DNA of 64,000 bases from an uncultured Gammaproteobacteria bacterium (GTDB lineage Bacteria > Patescibacteriota > Patescibacteriia > UBA9934 > GWF2-40-263), in contig CAZTTQ010000001.1 of assembly GCA_964616135.1 (NCBI GenBank), positions 43,875 through 107,874 on the forward strand, written 5' to 3'. Under the pieces are notes generated by a model. The model saw nothing but the letters and a program-made list of their open reading frames with translations, made no database searches and was not told the DNA's origin. The position numbers were made by a program, and so were the translations under genes. Of the stretch, positions 17,632 through 25,892 are shown piece by piece. Within the stretch, counting starts at the first letter, position 1. Each line of letters begins with the position of its first letter.

Positions 17632-18471
17632 ATGTTGATTGATACTCATTGCCATGTCAGTTTTGAAGCGTACAAGGACGACGCAGAAGAAGTCGTGAAG
17701 CGCGCGCTTGCCGCCGGCGTGCAGATGGTCACGATTGGCACGCGCATCGAGACTTCCGTTGCCGCGGTGAAGTTTGCCGAGGCACATGAAGGCGTGTGGG
17801 CGACGATCGGCCTCCATCCGGGCCACGTGCACGCGCAGGAGTATGTGGATAAAAACGAAGTGCCCGCGGACCAAGTCGGCGCCGGGCACGCGGCGGAAGT
17901 GTTTGATGCGGAAGCGTATCGGAAACTGCTTGCGCATCCGAAAGTCGTCGCGATCGGCGAATGCGGGTTGGATTACTATCACGCGCCAAAAGACGCGGCG
18001 GACGACGCGTGGAAAACGGAGCAGCAGGCGGTCTGTCGCGCGCAACTCAAGCTCGCTTCTGAAGCGGGGAAGCCGGTGGTGATCCATTGCAGGGACGCGC
18101 ACCAGGACCAGGCGCGGCTCATCCGTGACGAAATCGCCGCGGGAGGCCTCGCCCGCCGCGGAGTGATCCATTGCTTCACCGGCACGGCCGAAGAAGCGGC
18201 GATGTATCGCGAACTGGGATTCATGGTCGCGTTCGGCGGCATTATCACGTTCGGCAAGAGCGTGGCGGACGCGGCCGCGCAGGTTCCGCTCGACCAAATC
18301 GTGCTGGAAACCGACGCGCCGTACCTTGCTCCCGCGCCGTACCGCGGCAAACGCAACGAACCGGCCTACGTCACGGAGGTCGCGCGCAAACTCGCCACGC
18401 TCAAAGGCACGACGGTGGAAGAAATTTCCCGCGTGACGACGGAGAACGCGAAACGGCTGTTCCAGATATAA
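17632..18471 (+). CDS. tatD: TatD family metal-dependent hydrolase/DNase
   Basis: MLIDTHCHV N-terminus, GECGLDY, HCRDA motifs. Confidence 0.85.
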   Translation: MLIDTHCHVSFEAYKDDAEEVVKRALAAGVQMVTIGTRIETSVAAVKFAEAHEGVWATIGLHPGHVHAQEYVDKNEVPADQVGAGHAAEVFDAEAYRKLLAHPKVVAIGECGLDYYHAPKDAADDAWKTEQQAVCRAQLKLASEAGKPVVIHCRDAHQDQARLIRDEIAAGGLARRGVIHCFTGTAEEAAMYRELGFMVAFGGIITFGKSVADAAAQVPLDQIVLETDAPYLAPAPYRGKRNEPAYVTEVARKLATLKGTTVEEISRVTTENAKRLFQI

Positions 18472-18517
18472 AAAATCACCGCCCCGTCCGGAGTACCGGA
18501 GGGGCGGTTTCGCGTTT
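18472..18517. terminator. bidirectional terminator, member of repeated family (ccgcccc gtccggagtaccggag gggcgg + TTTCGCGTTT)
   Basis: Near-identical (~40 nt) to element at 19142-19187. Confidence 0.65.
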
Positions 18518-19059
18518 CAGTACTGGGCGCGGAAGCGCTCCAGCAGCCAGCCGGGACGCGTCGCGAAGCCGAAGACGTCGCAGAGGGCGTTCGGCAGCTT
18601 GTGCCGGTCCTGGTAGCCGTCCTTCACGCCGTAGAGGAGCGGCGCCTCGAGCCGGCCGGCGAGCAGGGCCGCGCACGTGTGGTTGTGCAGCGGTGGCGCG
18701 CGGAAGAAGTAGTGGAGGAGGGCCTCCGCTTCCACCTTCGGCAGGTGCAGGACGTCCGTCCGCTTCTTCTCCTGGGAGACGAGCGTCGTGTCCGCGCGGA
18801 GGAGGGCGTCGTTGTCGTGCGTCTCGCGCTCGACGTCGCGGACCGGCAGGTCGAAGCGGTCCGTGATCACGGGCAGCTGGCCCTTGGCGAGCAGCTCTCG
18901 CGTGTCTGGTAGCAGGTCGTCCGGTTCCGGCACGGCGAAGCGGATGAACCAGCAGCCGATGCCGGGAATACTCGTGTTCATCGTGACCGTGCAGTCCGCG
19001 ATGTCCACGATGATGGTGTTGCCTTCGCACGCGAAGATCCTTGTCGTATAGTCCGACAT
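18517..19059 (-). CDS. hypothetical protein (180 aa)
   Basis: High GC3; own promoter and SD GGAGGAAATAG; flanked both sides by copies of the same terminator element. Confidence 0.55.
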   Translation of the reverse strand: MSDYTTRIFACEGNTIIVDIADCTVTMNTSIPGIGCWFIRFAVPEPDDLLPDTRELLAKGQLPVITDRFDLPVRDVERETHDNDALLRADTTLVSQEKKRTDVLHLPKVEAEALLHYFFRAPPLHNHTCAALLAGRLEAPLLYGVKDGYQDRHKLPNALCDVFGFATRPGWLLERFRAQY

Positions 19060-19101
19060 CCTATTTCCTCCGTCCCGGTTGACTGTTAGGCGGGACGAAG
19101 C

Positions 19102-19130
19102 ACCCTAGCTGAACGGCTGGCCATTGTCAA
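19102..19130 (-). promoter_or_regulatory. sigma70-type promoter TTGACA-N17-TAGGGT (minus strand)
   Basis: Consensus -35 with 17-nt spacer directly downstream (minus sense) of terminator repeat. Confidence 0.55.
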
Positions 19131-19141
19131 TGTATACCGGT

Positions 19142-19187
19142 AAAAAAACGCCGCCCTTCCGGAGTACTGGAGGGGCGGTTTGCGTTT
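19142..19187. terminator. terminator repeat copy 2 (A7 gccgccc ttccggagtactggag gggcgg TTTGCGTTTG)
   Basis: Immediately after NUDIX stop (19192) on minus strand; A-tract/T-tract flanks. Confidence 0.65.
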
Positions 19188-19191
19188 GCGG

Positions 19192-19719
19192 CTACCAGCG
19201 AGGCTTGCCGCTGGCGCGGTCGCGCCGCTCGCGGAAGTAACGGTCCAGGACCGCCTGGTGGGTGGAGAAGACGAGCGTGTCTCCTTCGCGCAGGATGACC
19301 CGTTCCCGGACCTCGGCGTTCGGGACGAACGGGGGCAGGTCGCCGTTCAGGGCGGGAGTGATACCGAACAGCAGGATGATGTTCGATTCCGTCGCATCCC
19401 CCGCGTCGTACTGGAGGATCGAGTGCGGGGGCACGTGGATGCCCAGCTCCTCGTGCAGCTCCCGGGCGCCCGCGGCGCGCCACGGTTCGCGCCGGTTGAC
19501 GTACCCGCCGGGGAAGGCGAGGCCTCCCTTGCCGGGGTCGATATTCCGCCGCACGCCGAGCAGGCCGTCCCCGTAGGGAACCAGCAGAGCGGCGGCCGGC
19601 AGGGGGTTGCCGTATTCGACGTGCCCGCAGCCGGGACAGGTGAGAGGCCAGGCCTCTTGCTCGGGTAGGAGGTGCGTGCAGCGCGTGCAATGAAGGGCTT
19701 CGGGGATCGCGTCGGACAT
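19192..19719 (-). CDS. NUDIX hydrolase with N-terminal zinc ribbon (NudC-like architecture)
   Basis: NUDIX box (GGYVNRREPWRAAGARELHEELGI) plus CxxC...CxxC N-terminus; start at MSDAIPEAL (M57 of track ORF). Confidence 0.8.
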   Translation of the reverse strand: MSDAIPEALHCTRCTHLLPEQEAWPLTCPGCGHVEYGNPLPAAALLVPYGDGLLGVRRNIDPGKGGLAFPGGYVNRREPWRAAGARELHEELGIHVPPHSILQYDAGDATESNIILLFGITPALNGDLPPFVPNAEVRERVILREGDTLVFSTHQAVLDRYFRERRDRASGKPRW

Positions 19720-19759
19720 CCGTCTCCTCAAGTCCCGCCGGGAACGTGGCGGGAGAGGA

Positions 19760-19788
19760 ACGATAGGCGAAATAGGGCCCCTTGTCAA
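19760..19788 (-). promoter_or_regulatory. sigma70-type promoter TTGACA-N17-TATCGT (minus strand) for NUDIX gene
   Basis: Consensus -35, 17-nt spacer; sequence cgataggcg...ttgtcaa resembles the lipoprotein cassette promoter. Confidence 0.55.
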
Positions 19789-19833
19789 TCCGCCCTCGCC
19801 GCTTTTCGCCCGCCGGTTTACACTGTCCCCGCT

Positions 19834-22737
19834 ATGGCCAACCTCCTCGAGAACGCCAATCCGGAGCAGCTCTCCGCCATCACCCACCGGGAGGGGCCGT
19901 TGATGATTGTGGCCGGGGCCGGGACGGGCAAAACGTCCGTCATCACCCAGCGCATCGCCTGGTTGATCGAACAGGGCCTGGCGACGCCGGAAAACATCCT
20001 GGCGCTGACGTTCACGGACAAGGCCGCGGGCGAAATGGAAGAGCGCGTGGACCTGCTGTTACCGTTCGGCTACGCGAACCTGCAGATCTCCACCTTTCAC
20101 GCGTTTGCAGAAATGACGTTGCGCGAATGGGGCGTGGAAATCGGCCTGGCCAAGGACTTCACGCTGCTGGCCGAATTGGACGCGTGGCTCCTGACCCGCC
20201 AGCACTGGGACCGGTTCCAGCTGACCTACTACAAGCCGATGGGGAACCCGACCAAGTATTTGCGCGGGCTGCTTTCGCATTTCTCCCGGGCAAAGGACGC
20301 GGCGATTACCCCGGCGATGTACCGCGACTTCGTCACGCAGAAGGAACGCGACATGCCGCCCAATCCGACGGCGGAAGAACAGGACGAATTGGTGCGCGCG
20401 AAAGAACTGGCCGGCGCGTATGAAACCTACCAGGCGATTTTGCAGGAGAACGACGCCTGCGACTTCGGCGACCTGATGGTCTACCTGTTGGAATTGCTCC
20501 GCCGCCGCCCGCGCGCGCTGAACGCCATCCGCGAACGATTCACCTACGTTCTGGTGGACGAATTCCAAGACACGAACCAGGCGCAGTATGAAATCGTGAA
20601 GTTGGTCGCGGCGCCCCGCAACAACCTGACGATCGTCGGCGACGACGACCAGGCCATCTACAAGTTCCGCGGCGCCAGCATTGAGAACATCCTGCGCTTC
20701 TCGGCCGACTATCCGACGGCCAAGAAGGTGGTGCTCACGCGCAACTACCGTTCGGTCCAGCCGATCTTGGACAAGGCGCACGGATTCATCCAAGCGAACA
20801 ACCCGCGCCGCTTGGAAGCGAGCGACCCGACGTTGAACAAGAAGCTGTCGTCGGAGAAAGCCGGGGAAGGGAACGTGGAACACCTGCATTTCCCGTCGTT
20901 GGAGGACGAAGTGGACGCGGTCGCGATGAAGATCATGGAATTGAAGCAGCTCCATCCGGACGCGGAATGGAGCGACTTCGGCATCCTGGTCCGCGGGAAC
21001 GACGCGGCCAACCCGTTCTTGGGGCCGCTTGAACGCGCGGGCATTCCGTACCGCTTCCACGCGCTTTCCGGCTTGTACACCAAGCGCGTGTTGCTCGACC
21101 TGCTCGCGTTCTTGCGCGTGATCGACGACCCGTACGACGGCCCCAGCACCTACCGCCTGCTGACGCTGCCGATCCACGCCATTCCGGTAGAAGCGATCGT
21201 GGCGGTGACGCATGAGGCGCACAAAAAAGGGAAATCGCTCACGGACGCGTGCGAACTGGTGCGCGCGGCCGGCGGATTCGCCCCGGACGTGGCCGACAAA
21301 ATCGGCAGCCTGCTTTCCACCCTGGCCAAGCTGCGCGAGGACGCGCCGAAGATGCGCGTCACGGAGTTCTTCCTGAAGGTCGCCAAGGACACGGGCTACC
21401 TGCACTGGCTGAACCAGCAAAAGGAACAGCAGAAGCTGGAGGACTTCCGCTATTTGCAGCAATTCTACGAACGCCTGAAGCGGTTTGAAGAGCGCCAGGA
21501 CCATCCGGTTCTCCGGCGTTTCTTGGAGGAATTCAAGCATGAACGTGACGCGGGCGAGGACGGTTCGTTGGCCCAGGACGTAGAGGCGGGCCCGGACGTC
21601 GTGAGTATCATGACTGTGCACGGTTCCAAGGGGTTGGAGTTCCGGTTCGTGTTCGTCGTGTCGTTGGTGGACCGCAAATTCCCGGCGCAGGCGCGCGCGG
21701 AAAGCATCCCGCTGCCCGCGGGGCTTCTTCCGGCCGAAGCGGAAGACGGCGACGCGCACTTGGAAGAAGAACGCCGCCTGTTCTACGTGGCCGTGACGCG
21801 CGCCAAGGAACACCTGTACTTCACGTCCGCGGACGACTACGGCGGCAGCCGCAAGCGCAAGCCGTCGCGGTTCTTGGTCGAATTGGGATACGTGGAAGAG
21901 CAGAAGAAACTGACCAAAAAGGAACGCGACCTCGCAAAACAGATCGAAGCGGCGGGGAAGCCGCCCGAACCCGTTTCGGACGACATGCCGGTGATTGAAG
22001 TGCCCAAGGCGTTTTCGTTCACGCAGTTGGCCGCGTTCGCCAGTTGCCCGTTGCAGTACAAGTTTGCCCACGTCTACAAGATCCCGATCTTCGGCAGCCG
22101 GTCGATGTCGTTCGGCAAGACGGTCCACAACGCGCTGCAGCAGTTCTTCCAAGCGTGGATTGACCGGAAGGGAGGGGTGACGCTGGATGAACTCGAATCC
22201 TTCTACCGTGACCACTGGCAGGATGATTGGTACAAGGACGACAACGAGCGCGAGCAATTCCGCCAGCAGGGCCTGGACATGTTGCGGACGTATTACGGAA
22301 CCCTGGCCGAAGCGAAGCCGGATCCGCTGTTTCTGGAACAAGCATTCACGTTGAAACTGGCCGGCGTGATCTTGAAAGGACGCATCGACCGCATCGACCG
22401 CTGCGGCGACGGCGTGGAAATCATCGACTACAAGACCGGCAGCCCGAAAACCGAAGACGACTTGAAAAAGGACAAGACCAAAAAGGAACAGCTGTACCTG
22501 TACCAGCTGGCGGCGCGCGACGTGTTGGGCTTGGACGTGAAGAAACTGACGTTCCATTATTTGGAAGACGGTTCCCGCGTGTCGTTCCTGGCGGATCCGG
22601 GCGAACTGCTCACGTTCCAAGAGGACCTGGCGGACCGCGTGGAGCGCATCAAGAAGGGCGTGTTCGACGCGACGCCTGGCTTCCATTGCCGGTTCTGCGA
22701 CTTCAAGGACATCTGCGAATTCAGGGCGAAAGAATAA
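19834..22737 (+). CDS. UvrD/PcrA-family ATP-dependent DNA helicase fused to C-terminal PD-(D/E)XK (Cas4/AddB-like) nuclease with Cys cluster
   Basis: The helicase region has Walker A GAGTGKT, motif II DEFQDTN and UvrD motifs. The C-terminal ~250 aa carry RIDRID...DYKTG...QLYLY and CRFCDFKDIC, typical of RecB-fold nucleases with an Fe-S cluster. Start is MANLLEN (M55). Confidence 0.85.
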   Translation: MANLLENANPEQLSAITHREGPLMIVAGAGTGKTSVITQRIAWLIEQGLATPENILALTFTDKAAGEMEERVDLLLPFGYANLQISTFHAFAEMTLREWGVEIGLAKDFTLLAELDAWLLTRQHWDRFQLTYYKPMGNPTKYLRGLLSHFSRAKDAAITPAMYRDFVTQKERDMPPNPTAEEQDELVRAKELAGAYETYQAILQENDACDFGDLMVYLLELLRRRPRALNAIRERFTYVLVDEFQDTNQAQYEIVKLVAAPRNNLTIVGDDDQAIYKFRGASIENILRFSADYPTAKKVVLTRNYRSVQPILDKAHGFIQANNPRRLEASDPTLNKKLSSEKAGEGNVEHLHFPSLEDEVDAVAMKIMELKQLHPDAEWSDFGILVRGNDAANPFLGPLERAGIPYRFHALSGLYTKRVLLDLLAFLRVIDDPYDGPSTYRLLTLPIHAIPVEAIVAVTHEAHKKGKSLTDACELVRAAGGFAPDVADKIGSLLSTLAKLREDAPKMRVTEFFLKVAKDTGYLHWLNQQKEQQKLEDFRYLQQFYERLKRFEERQDHPVLRRFLEEFKHERDAGEDGSLAQDVEAGPDVVSIMTVHGSKGLEFRFVFVVSLVDRKFPAQARAESIPLPAGLLPAEAEDGDAHLEEERRLFYVAVTRAKEHLYFTSADDYGGSRKRKPSRFLVELGYVEEQKKLTKKERDLAKQIEAAGKPPEPVSDDMPVIEVPKAFSFTQLAAFASCPLQYKFAHVYKIPIFGSRSMSFGKTVHNALQQFFQAWIDRKGGVTLDELESFYRDHWQDDWYKDDNEREQFRQQGLDMLRTYYGTLAEAKPDPLFLEQAFTLKLAGVILKGRIDRIDRCGDGVEIIDYKTGSPKTEDDLKKDKTKKEQLYLYQLAARDVLGLDVKKLTFHYLEDGSRVSFLADPGELLTFQEDLADRVERIKKGVFDATPGFHCRFCDFKDICEFRAKE

Positions 22738-22738
22738 T

Positions 22739-23074
22739 ATGAAAAACGCGATCCCCATCGGCGACCTGCTCGGCCGCGCCATCAAGCGCGCCGGCATTGA
22801 GAGGGAAGTGACGCGCGCGCAGCTGTTGGAAGCGGCAAATGAAGCGGTGGCCAAGGCCCTGCCCGCCGGCCACGCGGCGGACGCCAAGGCGGTGTCTTTG
22901 AAAGACGGCCTCCTGCTGGTGGCCTGCCGCCACGCCGCCGCCGCCAGCGCCGTTTCGCGCGCGGGAAACGAGGTATTGGCGGCGCTGAAGCGCGCCGCCC
23001 CGCGGGCGGACGTCCGCCGGCTCCTGACGCGGGTAGAGTCCTCGCTCACGCGCGCCGACGGCATGGTAGAATAA
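22739..23074 (+). CDS. DUF721 (DciA-like) domain protein
   Basis: IGDLLGRAIKRAGIE...LKDGLLLVACRHAAAASAV pattern matches DUF721 consensus as recalled. Confidence 0.55.
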   Translation: MKNAIPIGDLLGRAIKRAGIEREVTRAQLLEAANEAVAKALPAGHAADAKAVSLKDGLLLVACRHAAAASAVSRAGNEVLAALKRAAPRADVRRLLTRVESSLTRADGMVE

Positions 23075-23081
23075 GAACGCT

Positions 23082-23471
23082 ATGACCTTCCGGGACTACC
23101 TGCTTGTCATGTCCGCCGGCACCGGCGCCGTTTGGTTGGCGTTCGTCGTCGTGTTGCTGGCGATTGATCCCACGCGCTCGGGCACTCTCGGATTCGTCCT
23201 GTTCTACGCCACGTTCGGCCTGTCCGTCTTGGGTACGTTCGCCATCGCCGGCACGGCCGTGCGGACCCATTTCCACCCGGAGGACGTCGTGTCGCGCCAA
23301 GTCGCCCGGGCGTTCCGCCAGGCCCTGCTCATTTCGGCCATCCTCATCGGTTCCATGATGTTGTCCGCCGCCGGATTGTTCCGTCCGTGGACCGGCATTC
23401 TGCTGGTGTTAGCGGCGGCATTGGTCGAATTGGCGTTCCTGGCCGCCGGACGTCCACGGCAAGGCGCGTAA
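23082..23471 (+). CDS. hypothetical membrane protein (3-4 TM)
   Basis: Hydrophobic composition, high GC3. Confidence 0.45.
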   Translation: MTFRDYLLVMSAGTGAVWLAFVVVLLAIDPTRSGTLGFVLFYATFGLSVLGTFAIAGTAVRTHFHPEDVVSRQVARAFRQALLISAILIGSMMLSAAGLFRPWTGILLVLAAALVELAFLAAGRPRQGA

Positions 23472-23523
23472 CGGCCTTGCGTCGCCCCGCTTCGGCTGTT
23501 AAGGTCGTTCCAGTTTTCCTCGT

Positions 23524-24576
23524 GTGTTCAACCGCATTCTCGGCGCATTCTCCAAGGACCTCGGCATCGACCTCGGGACCTGCAATACCCGGGTGTTTTC
23601 GCGTGACAAAGGCATCGTCGTGCAAGAGCCGTCCATCGTGGCGGTGAACATGCGCACGGAGCAGATCGTCGCCGTCGGGCTGGACGCCAAGGACATGATC
23701 GGCAAGACGCCGCCGCACATCGTCGCGTCCCGTCCGCTGGTGAAAGGCGTGATTTCGGATTTTGAAATCAGCGAGAAGATGCTGAAGTACTTCATCAATA
23801 AAGTGCACGCGGAATCCTTCACCATCGTCCCGCGTCCGCGCATTGTCATCGGCGTGCCGTTGGAAACGACGGAAGTGGAGCGCAAGGCCATTGAGGACGT
23901 CGTGATCTCCGCGGGCGCCCGCCAGGTGTTTTTGGTGGAAAACCCGATGCTGGCCGCCATCGGCGCGCGCCTGCCGGTCACGGATTCCGTCGGCACCATG
24001 GTCGTGGACTTGGGCGGCGGCAAGACGGAAATCGCCGTGTTGTCGTTAGGAGGCGTGGTCACGTGGAAGTCGTTGCCCATCGCCGGGGACGAACTAAACC
24101 GCACCATCACGCAGTACGCGCGCGAAGTCTTCAACCTGCTTCTCGGCGACAAGATGGCGGAACAGGTGAAGATGCGCATCGGCTCGGCCGTGCCCGGCGA
24201 CGCGCCGTCGCAGATGGAAATGCGCGGCCGTGACTTGATCACGGGCCTGCCCAAGGAAATCACCGTCAACGACGGCCAGATCCGGGAGGCCATGCACCGT
24301 TCCATCGCCTCCATCGTTGAAAACATCAAGGCCGCGTTGGAAAACACGCCGCCGGAACTGGTCGCCGACATCTATGAACGCGGCATCGTGCTGACGGGCG
24401 GCACGTCGTTGTTGCGCGGATTGGACGTTCTTATTTCCCGCCAGGCGCAGATTCCGGTCCGCGTCGCGGAAGACCCGATGACGTGCGCCGTCCGCGGGGC
24501 GGGAGCGTTGCTGGACCAGGACGCGATTTTGAAGGACATGGCCCTGCCGTCCACGCTCACGGGCGGATTGGTCTAA
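23524..24576 (+). CDS. mreB: rod shape-determining protein MreB (actin-like ATPase)
   Basis: GIDLGT...N, actin-fold motifs over 350 aa; GTG start per track. Confidence 0.9.
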   Translation: MFNRILGAFSKDLGIDLGTCNTRVFSRDKGIVVQEPSIVAVNMRTEQIVAVGLDAKDMIGKTPPHIVASRPLVKGVISDFEISEKMLKYFINKVHAESFTIVPRPRIVIGVPLETTEVERKAIEDVVISAGARQVFLVENPMLAAIGARLPVTDSVGTMVVDLGGGKTEIAVLSLGGVVTWKSLPIAGDELNRTITQYAREVFNLLLGDKMAEQVKMRIGSAVPGDAPSQMEMRGRDLITGLPKEITVNDGQIREAMHRSIASIVENIKAALENTPPELVADIYERGIVLTGGTSLLRGLDVLISRQAQIPVRVAEDPMTCAVRGAGALLDQDAILKDMALPSTLTGGLV

Positions 24577-24585
24577 CCGTTCCCT

Positions 24586-25383
24586 ATGCTCCAGGACACC
24601 GTATCCCGCGCCCGTCGGCGTCGGAACCAGACGGTGGTCGCCGTCCTCGCCTTATTGGCGCTGGCGGCGTTTTTTCCGTTCCGCCGTTCGTTCGGGTTCA
24701 TCCAACGGCCGTTCGTGATCCTTGGCACGTGGGTGGCGAACGCGGGATTCGGCTTGTTCCAGCCGGGATCCGTTTCTCCGGAACGCGTGAAGGAATTGGA
24801 GGCGCAGCGCGACGTGCTGGCCGCGGATGCGGCCGTTTTGCGCCGCACGCTGGATGAAAATGAGGATTTGCGCCGCCGCCTCGCCTTTGTGGACCGTACG
24901 CGCGCGCAAGTCGCGTCCGGCCACATCGTCGGGCGCGTGACGGGCGCGGACCGCGCGGCATTCGCCATCGACCTGGGCGCCGCCGATGGCGTCGGCGTTG
25001 GGATGGCCGTCATTGTCGGTGACGGATTGCTGGTAGGGAAGGTCGCCGCCGTCACGTCCTCGGGCGCGACGGTCTCGGCGCTGACCGATCGCGGCACCGC
25101 GACCGCCGTGTCCTTGTTGAACAGCGCGCGTACCATCGGCGTCGCGCAGGGGTTGGACGCGACCCTGTTGTCCGTCGGGTACATCCCCAAGGACCAGCGT
25201 GTCCAAGTGAATGATTTGCTGGTGACGTCCGGGTTGGAAGACTTGGTGCCTGCGGGCTTGTTGGTCGGTATCGTGAACGCGGTGCAAAGCGACGACGGGG
25301 ATCCGTTCCAGCGCGCCGTCGTGGAACCGCTCGCCGACGCGCGCCGGTTGGAGACGGTCACGGTCCTGTTGGGACGCCTATGA
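24586..25383 (+). CDS. mreC: rod shape-determining protein MreC
   Basis: N-terminal TM, coiled-coil then beta-rich domain; position after mreB. Confidence 0.8.
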   Translation: MLQDTVSRARRRRNQTVVAVLALLALAAFFPFRRSFGFIQRPFVILGTWVANAGFGLFQPGSVSPERVKELEAQRDVLAADAAVLRRTLDENEDLRRRLAFVDRTRAQVASGHIVGRVTGADRAAFAIDLGAADGVGVGMAVIVGDGLLVGKVAAVTSSGATVSALTDRGTATAVSLLNSARTIGVAQGLDATLLSVGYIPKDQRVQVNDLLVTSGLEDLVPAGLLVGIVNAVQSDDGDPFQRAVVEPLADARRLETVTVLLGRL

Positions 25384-25889
25384 CCCCCGGCCGCATTCCG
25401 CCGGCGATCCTGCTGTTCCTGGTCGCCTCTTGCTTTGAAACCGGGTTGGTCGCGTCCATTCCCGGCCCATTAGGTTTGGTGCCGTTCACGTTGGCGGCGG
25501 GGATTTACCTGACCCAATCGCGCAGTTGGTGGGGCGGGCCGTGGCTTATCGCCGGATTTGGCCTGTTTTCCGATGCGGCCGGTCTCTCGCCTCTCCCCGG
25601 CCAGACGTTCGCCTGCGCGGCCGCTGCGTTGGCGGCATGGCTCTCGGCCCGCGAGCTCTTCTCCAACCGTTCGCTCTACGGCATCCTGGGCTGCGGTGTC
25701 GTCGCGTGGAGCGCGCACGCCGTGGTGCAGACGGCCATTTGGCTCATTCAGCGCCTGATGGGCGGCGGCGCGTCCGGCGTTGCGTACGCGACGTGGATGG
25801 GCTGGCGATTCGTCCTGTGCCTTCTCCTGCTCTCCGTGTTTTTTTACGCGGTGCCGCGCCGAAGCCGCGTTGCCTTCACCGTCCGTTAG
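25380..25889 (+). CDS. mreD: rod shape-determining protein MreD (polytopic membrane)
   Basis: Small multi-TM protein overlapping mreC stop, between mreC and PBP2. Confidence 0.6.
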   Translation: MTPGRIPPAILLFLVASCFETGLVASIPGPLGLVPFTLAAGIYLTQSRSWWGGPWLIAGFGLFSDAAGLSPLPGQTFACAAAALAAWLSARELFSNRSLYGILGCGVVAWSAHAVVQTAIWLIQRLMGGGASGVAYATWMGWRFVLCLLLLSVFFYAVPRRSRVAFTVR

Positions 25890-25892
25890 CAC

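Noticed and set aside
20059-23064. 1001-aa ORF on minus strand
   Set aside because: It lies antisense to the well-supported UvrD helicase, DUF721 and membrane genes and shows the Arg/Ala/Val/Asp/Gly-rich antisense composition typical of high-GC genomes.
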